A stretch of DNA of 64,000 bases, from NCBI GenBank assembly GCA_963716725.1, contig CAVQUB010000008.1, positions 192,001 through 256,000 of the forward strand, in the 5' to 3' direction. The stretch's first letter is position 1. Each line of letters begins with the position of its first letter. Under the pieces are notes generated by a model. It was given only the letters and a program-made list of their open reading frames with translations, did not search any database and was not told the origin of the DNA. This stretch comes from an uncultured delta proteobacterium. Lineage in GTDB: Bacteria; Myxococcota_A; Polyangia; Polyangiales; Polyangiaceae. Below, in pieces: positions 58,296 through 64,000 of the stretch. The position numbers were made by a program, and so were the translations under genes.

Positions 58296-60506
58296 TCAGG
58301 GCACCGCGACGCCGTCGGGCAGCTTCATGGGCAGCGGCGCTTCGCGCGCCAAGAGATCGCGGGCGATGGTCACCTCGACCAACTCGATGGTCTCGCTCGA
58401 GGCGACCTCGGTGAGCTCCTTCTTGATCTCGCCTACGCCCTTGGCGCGCCGGCGCATGGCCGCGTAGAACTTCGCTTCGGTCTTTTGGACCCGGGTGCGC
58501 GCGGTCTTCGTCAGTTGCTCGTCCGTCAGCTTGCCGCGGCCCCAGCTGGCCAGCTTTGCCGGCCAGCCGCCGCTGTCGTCGATGGACGCAAAGGCCTCCT
58601 CGGTGCTGCCATCGCTGGTCGCGTTCATGCTCCTCTCCAAGAGCGAGAGCCAGAGCGCGGCGTAAATCAGATCTTCTTCGGCGAGACCCGCGTCGAGCGC
58701 TTGCCGCAGCGCCTGGCGGGCGGTCAAGAGGTCGCCCGAGGTGAGGGCGCGTCGGGACGCATCGAGCACGGTGGCCGTGAGCTGGCGCGTGTCGGCGCGG
58801 GAGGCCTCGTAGGCGCGATCGGTGGCGCGCTTGGCGCTCTGGGTGGCGCCAAAGTGCTCCAGCACCCGGGCCAAGACGCGCTCGGAACGCGCCTGATCCG
58901 AGCCCGAGCGGCTGGACTCCCGAGCTTTCAGCGCCGACTTGAGCGCGGCGTCGAGGGCCGACTTTGCCTCGGCGACGTTGCCCTGGTCGCGGTTGATCTC
59001 GAACACCAATATCTGAGCCTCGGCTTCGGCGGTGGCGTCGCCCGATTTTCGCGCGAGGGACGCGACCCTATCCAGCGACGCGAGAGCCGCCTTCGCGTCG
59101 CCGCGCTGACGATCGATGGCCGCCAGCATGTTCAGCCCCTCCAGCGTTTGCTCGACCTGCACCGCGGCGGCAATCAGCGGGCGCGCGCGGCCAAGATCCC
59201 CCGCGCGCGTCTCGAGCACGCCCATCACGTAGCGCAGGCGCGCCGGTGTGGGGCGCACCTTGCCCACGAGCTTTTGCGCATCGGCGAGCGCCAGCATGCC
59301 TTCGGCCGCCTTGAACGTGCGCCGTGCCGCCGCGTGTTCCCCGATCTCGGCTTCACCCAAGAGCGCGCGAAGCGTCAGCGACAAGGTCCAGCTCAGGTCT
59401 TGTGCGGAGGGTGAGTTGCCCAGCGCCGGCGTCAGCACGGCCGGCGCGACTTCGGCCATGCCCTGGTCCACGAGCTCGACGGCGAGGGGTCCAGCGCCTC
59501 TCAGCGAGCGGGGCTCGGCCCGGAAGAGCTCGACGGCGCAGCCGAAGGCAGCCGCCTTGGCCAGGGTGGGATCCATGGACGTTTCTGGGCGATTCGCGTC
59601 TTCGGAGCTGCTGAACAAGCGGTAGAGATCCGACCACGCCGAGGGATCGTCGTCCTCGGCCGCGTGCTCCAGGCGCTCGACCAACCCGGGCGGCGTGACT
59701 CGGACCAGGTCGCCCTTTTCCAGGGCGGCGAGCGCCGCTTTGGCGTCACCGTAGCGCAGGTAGATGGCGACCAACGTCGCGCCGCCGGCTCGAAGCGCAC
59801 GGTAGGCCTCGATGGCCTCGTCGCGCTCGAAGTTTCCCGTTTGGGCAGCCTCGCTGGTGTTGAGCTCGAGGGCTCGATGGATCCACGTGATGGTGGCGTC
59901 CCGCGCGCTGCCCATTGCCTTCGGCGTGGGCTCGAACATCGCGCGGTCGGTCGTGGTGCGTTGGTAGCTCCCAGAACTCTGCATCTGGCTCGCGGACTTG
60001 AGGGCGGCGCTCCACGACTTGAGCGCGTCGAGGTGCGCGTCCACGTCCGCGCGCTCGTTGCCGCGCGGCAGAACGGTCTGCAGCATGCCGTACAGCGCCA
60101 GGGCACGACCTTCGTTCCCGACTCGCGAGACTTCAGTGGCGCCGGCCCGCAAGGCAGGAGCGCCGCCCACGAGCATCTCGGGGCGCAGGTCGCCGGTGCG
60201 CATCAGGTAGAGCGCCCCGGTCAGGGCCGAGAGACCGGCTTCGCGCTTCTCTCCGCCGAAGCGCGCGGCCGCGCGCGCGAGCTGGCGCCGCACCACTCCG
60301 GCCAACAGACCCATGCGTTGCGGAGTACGTTCGTCCGAGAGCAGCACCTGGTAGGCGGCGCCCGCGAACTGAGCGTCACTGACCGGTGTGGCATCGACCG
60401 CGCCCTCGGGGCCCGTCGGGACCTTTGGCCCCGACTGATTGCCCACCCCACACGCTGCGGTCGACAGCGCGAGGGCGGTGCACAGTGCAAGCCGGGGCAA
60501 TCGCAT
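58296..60506 (-). CDS. TPR/helical-repeat lipoprotein
   Basis: TAAC lipobox; Ala/Leu-rich helical repeats. Confidence 0.75.
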   Translation of the reverse strand: MRLPRLALCTALALSTAACGVGNQSGPKVPTGPEGAVDATPVSDAQFAGAAYQVLLSDERTPQRMGLLAGVVRRQLARAAARFGGEKREAGLSALTGALYLMRTGDLRPEMLVGGAPALRAGATEVSRVGNEGRALALYGMLQTVLPRGNERADVDAHLDALKSWSAALKSASQMQSSGSYQRTTTDRAMFEPTPKAMGSARDATITWIHRALELNTSEAAQTGNFERDEAIEAYRALRAGGATLVAIYLRYGDAKAALAALEKGDLVRVTPPGLVERLEHAAEDDDPSAWSDLYRLFSSSEDANRPETSMDPTLAKAAAFGCAVELFRAEPRSLRGAGPLAVELVDQGMAEVAPAVLTPALGNSPSAQDLSWTLSLTLRALLGEAEIGEHAAARRTFKAAEGMLALADAQKLVGKVRPTPARLRYVMGVLETRAGDLGRARPLIAAAVQVEQTLEGLNMLAAIDRQRGDAKAALASLDRVASLARKSGDATAEAEAQILVFEINRDQGNVAEAKSALDAALKSALKARESSRSGSDQARSERVLARVLEHFGATQSAKRATDRAYEASRADTRQLTATVLDASRRALTSGDLLTARQALRQALDAGLAEEDLIYAALWLSLLERSMNATSDGSTEEAFASIDDSGGWPAKLASWGRGKLTDEQLTKTARTRVQKTEAKFYAAMRRRAKGVGEIKKELTEVASSETIELVEVTIARDLLAREAPLPMKLPDGVAVP

Positions 60507-60682
60507 AGCGACCGGCAGTCTACTCGTACCCCGCGTCGGTGCACGATTTCGCGACCTGACAACGCGAAAGTCGCTCTCGGGCCGGCGGAGCCCAGCGAAG
60601 CCCTGCGAAATCGGCCTCGGCTTCGGGGCCCACCGCTTGGCCCGTCATCGCGCTAGGATCCCCCCCAATATCCACGCGCCCG

Positions 60683-63600
60683 ATGAGTGACGAGCCGCCC
60701 CACCCAGTGCCCGAGCGCCTCGCGGACTTCGAGGTCATCCGCCGCCTCGGTGCCGGTGGCATGGCCGAGGTGTTCTTGGCGAAGCGCCGCGGCGCCGAGG
60801 GCACTTACAAGCTCTTGGTCGTCAAGCGCATCTTGCCGCAGTTCGGCTCCTCCCGCCGGTTCCGTTCGATGTTCGCCGAGGAGGCGCAGCTGGCGACCCG
60901 GCTCAACCATCCGAACATCGTTCAGGTCTACGATTTTCAGGACTACGGTGACGAAGGTCAGCTCCTGAGCATGGAGTACGTAGAGGGTCCGGACCTTCGC
61001 AAGGTGATGCGCGCCGCGCGCAGCAATCAGAAGAAGATCCCGCCCTTCGTCGCGGCGCACGTGATTGCCGAGGTCGCCAAGGGTCTCCACTACGCCCACG
61101 AACGCCGCGACGAAGGTGGAGCGCCGCTCGAGATCGTGCATCGAGACGTCTCACCGCAGAACGTGTTGCTCTCGTTCGAGGGTGCGGTGAAAGTGGCGGA
61201 CTTCGGCATCGCGAGCGCCAACCTGTTCCGCGAAGAGCCCGGCGTGCTCAAGGGCAAGACGGCGTACATGTCGCCGGAGCAGGCGCGGGGCGAGAAGGCG
61301 GATCGACGCACCGACATCTACTCGCTCGGGGTGGTGTTCCATGAGCTTCTGACCGGTCGCCCGCTGCACGGCGCGGCTGAGGGGCAAGAGTTGCTCGACG
61401 TCGTGCGGGCCGGGGCTGTGGAGCCGCCGAGCACCTTTGCCCGGGACGTGCCGCCGGAGCTCGAGGCCATCGTGATGCGCGCCCTCTCCAAGGGGGTCGA
61501 GGACCGCTTCAAGAACGGTCGCGAGATGGCCGCCGCCATCACTCGCGTGCTCTTCCAGCAGCAAGAGATGATCGACGCCCACGTCGTCGAAGGCGTGCTG
61601 TCTCAACTCGTCAGCCGCGAGCACACGTCGCCGGGCGTCGACGCTGAGATGCAGAGCCAGGCCGAGAGCCAGTTCGGCGAAGACGAGAGCGACGTCAGCC
61701 GCTCTTCGGCCAGCAGCACCGGCACGGTCGAGCCCATGGCGCTGCCGACGGACGAGCCCACGGGGCCCGGTCGTCCCATTCGGCCGAAGCGCCAGCGCGA
61801 GGCCGGGCGAGAGGTGCGCCACGTTGCCATCGTGACCTTGCGTCTGCACGGCATCGACGAGCTCGAGAAAGCCATTGGGCCGGGTGGCGCGGCGCGTTTT
61901 CTCGAGCAGCTCCGGAGCACGCTCGACGAGATTGCGTTCAAGCGCGCCGCGCGTTGGACCTGGGAAGCTCGACAGTCGCCGGCAGGCGGCGGCTCGCCGG
62001 GGCACTCGACCGCCGGTCGCGCAGTCGTCGGGCTCACCGCCAACCCAGCACGCGCTCCCTTCGACGCGGCCGTGCTCGCCGTGGACGTCCACGAGGCCAT
62101 CCACGGCGCCGCGGACGATTTGGAGGTGCAGATCGTCGCCAGCGTCGGCATCGTACGCGGCGTGGCGACCGGTCGCCGCGACAAGGGAGGTCACCTCGTC
62201 GAGCACAGCCTGCAAGAGGCGGCCGACTACCTGTCCGGGCTTCTCGGTCAGAGCGCGCCTGCCGGTGCGACCTGGGTCGCTGGCGGCTTGTATCGCCTGG
62301 TCCGTCGAGACTTCGTCTGGGGCGACGCACCGACCATCGTGCTCGACGACGCGGTCGCCCGCGGCTTGCCGCAGAACATGCGGATCTACTCCCTGGTGCG
62401 ACCGCTGACTCGCGACGAGCGCCTGCACGAGACGGCCCAGGCCCCCCGCGACCTGATCGGTCGGGACTCCGAGCTGGCGGACCTCCAGGCGGCGTACCAC
62501 CAAGCGCTCACGCCGGGGTCGAACGGCGGCGAAGGACAAGTCACGTCGCGCGTCGTGTACGGCGAGATGGGCATCGGCAAGACCGCCCTGGTCGGGACCT
62601 TCCTGGCCGAGCTGCCGCCGGACGCGCGAGTGCTCCGCGTCGAGTGCTCGCCGTCTCGCACGGAGGTGCCCTTCTCGAACGTTGCCGAGTGGATCCGGCA
62701 GCTGACGAACACCAAGGCCGATCAGCCCATCGAAGAGGTCGCCGAGGCCATCACCGACGTGCTCGGCGACTTCGTGCTCGGCGCGAGTGGGCTCGAGATC
62801 GTGACTCGCATGGCCGAGCTGGTGGTGGGGCGAGTCGCGGCCGCCGCGGACGACGGCGACGTCGCTCACTACAAGCGGCTGATCGCCTCGGGTATCCGGC
62901 GCTTTTTTGCCAAAGCAGCCAGCACCTCTCCCTTGGTCGTGATGATCGAGGGCATTCAGTGGAGCGACCGCCCCAGCCTCGAGCTGGTGGCAGAGCTGCT
63001 CAAAAAGGGCGATCAAATTCCGCTCTTGGCCATCCTCGTCACGCGGCCTGACGACGCAACCGCGCCCTATATCGACGGCCTGGTGCGCATCGAGCTGGCC
63101 GGGCTGTCCGCCGAGAACCAGATCCGCTTGCTCCAGGCGCGCTTGGGGGCACGCGATGGGGTCGCTCAGGTGTGTGCGGACCTCTTGCCGCGCGCCGCGG
63201 GCAACCCGTTCTTTCTCATCGAGATGGTCGATGCGCTGCTCGAACGGGGAGCGCTCGAGCTCCACGAGCGAGATGGTGGCAGCCAAGAGCTGGTGCGGGT
63301 GGAGCGTCCGGGCGAGGTCGGGGCGGCGCTGCCCTCGACCCTCGAGCAGCTGATCGCAGATCGACTGGCCGAGCTGCCGCTAGAAGAGCAAGAGGTCATC
63401 GAATGGTTGGCGGTCGCCGGAGGGCCGCTCGAGATGGAGGATCTCGACGCACTCAAAGGCGAGAGCGCAGAAGAGCCAGTGATTCGCCTGTGCGCGCGAG
63501 GGCTCTGTGACACCAAGGGCGACGCCGTCGACGTCCGACACCCGCTCACCCGAGACGTTGCCTACCGCGGGCTCGAGAAACCAACGCGAGAGCGCATGCA

Positions 63601-64000
63601 CCGGCGACTCGGCCAGCACCTCGCCGGCTCACCGTTGGCTCGCGGGTTGACGGCGGCCATTGTCGCGCGACACCTGTCTCGGGGCAAGGCCAGCACTGAA
63701 GCCGCGGAGCTCTACCTGGAGGCCGCCACGGTCGCTCGCTCTAGCTATCAGGTGCAGCTCGCGACGCGCTACTATCGTCGAGCGCTGGCGCTCTTGCCCG
63801 CCGACGACCTGAAGCGGCTCGAAGCCCACGAAGCCCTGGAGAACATCACACGTTTCCAGGGGCGCTGGCGCGAGCGCCGCCGTCACCTGATGTCCTTGCG
63901 CCAGCTCGCGCGAAAGTCGGGATCGGCGGGTTGGGCAGCCACTGCGCTGTTTCGAACGGCGCGTTTCGAACAAGATGAGGGCCACCTCGCCCGCGGACTG
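60683..64000 (+). CDS. Ser/Thr kinase - cyclase-like - AAA ATPase - TPR multidomain protein (runs off window end)
   Basis: Hand translation from ATG 60683: GAGGMAEV, HRDVSPQN, DFG, YMSPEQ; REVRHVAIV; LIGRDSEL, GEMGIGKT (Walker A), MIEGIQWSD, AGNPFF, RHPL. Not in the ORF track because it has no stop in the window. Confidence 0.88.
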   Translation, partial: MSDEPPHPVPERLADFEVIRRLGAGGMAEVFLAKRRGAEGTYKLLVVKRILPQFGSSRRFRSMFAEEAQLATRLNHPNIVQVYDFQDYGDEGQLLSMEYVEGPDLRKVMRAARSNQKKIPPFVAAHVIAEVAKGLHYAHERRDEGGAPLEIVHRDVSPQNVLLSFEGAVKVADFGIASANLFREEPGVLKGKTAYMSPEQARGEKADRRTDIYSLGVVFHELLTGRPLHGAAEGQELLDVVRAGAVEPPSTFARDVPPELEAIVMRALSKGVEDRFKNGREMAAAITRVLFQQQEMIDAHVVEGVLSQLVSREHTSPGVDAEMQSQAESQFGEDESDVSRSSASSTGTVEPMALPTDEPTGPGRPIRPKRQREAGREVRHVAIVTLRLHGIDELEKAIGPGGAARFLEQLRSTLDEIAFKRAARWTWEARQSPAGGGSPGHSTAGRAVVGLTANPARAPFDAAVLAVDVHEAIHGAADDLEVQIVASVGIVRGVATGRRDKGGHLVEHSLQEAADYLSGLLGQSAPAGATWVAGGLYRLVRRDFVWGDAPTIVLDDAVARGLPQNMRIYSLVRPLTRDERLHETAQAPRDLIGRDSELADLQAAYHQALTPGSNGGEGQVTSRVVYGEMGIGKTALVGTFLAELPPDARVLRVECSPSRTEVPFSNVAEWIRQLTNTKADQPIEEVAEAITDVLGDFVLGASGLEIVTRMAELVVGRVAAAADDGDVAHYKRLIASGIRRFFAKAASTSPLVVMIEGIQWSDRPSLELVAELLKKGDQIPLLAILVTRPDDATAPYIDGLVRIELAGLSAENQIRLLQARLGARDGVAQVCADLLPRAAGNPFFLIEMVDALLERGALELHERDGGSQELVRVERPGEVGAALPSTLEQLIADRLAELPLEEQEVIEWLAVAGGPLEMEDLDALKGESAEEPVIRLCARGLCDTKGDAVDVRHPLTRDVAYRGLEKPTRERMHRRLGQHLAGSPLARGLTAAIVARHLSRGKASTEAAELYLEAATVARSSYQVQLATRYYRRALALLPADDLKRLEAHEALENITRFQGRWRERRRHLMSLRQLARKSGSAGWAATALFRTARFEQDEGHLARGL

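Overview
High-GC bacterial DNA whose gene content points to Myxococcota, probably Polyangiales (MYXO-CTERM proteins, a TIGR02266-type PilZ protein, Ser/Thr kinases, many Gly/Asp-rich lipoproteins). It carries about 50 genes. Housekeeping: sdhC plus a degenerate sdhA-like gene, tsaE, mlaE, nadA, fabF, a RhlE-like helicase, thyX, asd, proC and a dnaJ paralogue. Envelope and secreted proteins: VWA, WD40, kelch/Cys-rich, astacin, two alpha/beta-hydrolases, a sulfatase-fold protein and an amidase. There is also a FAAL-SDR-ACP-ACAD(+FabF) lipid cluster and a TonB-ExbB-ExbD-ExbD-TBDR-lipoprotein operon opposite a phoB-like gene. Highlights: (1) a translationally coupled operon of a circularly permuted lipoprotein esterase, an 84-aa Zn-ribbon/lipobox-Cys-Ala-Tyr-Gly peptide and a PlpX-like radical SAM/SPASM splicease, i.e. 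a candidate membrane-anchored beta-keto-amide lipopeptide system; (2) 11-bp-period Pho-box-like arrays at four promoters of the TonB locus; (3) two deletion scars (an MNT-HEPN chimera and a Cys-rich gene/phoB junction); (4) an SCP2-like gene paired with a His-x-His repeat protein. At least nine single-base frameshifts, including two in thyX, suggest uncorrected sequencing errors. I saw no rRNA, tRNA, CRISPR array or transposase. All calls come from reading motifs by eye; no database search was run.
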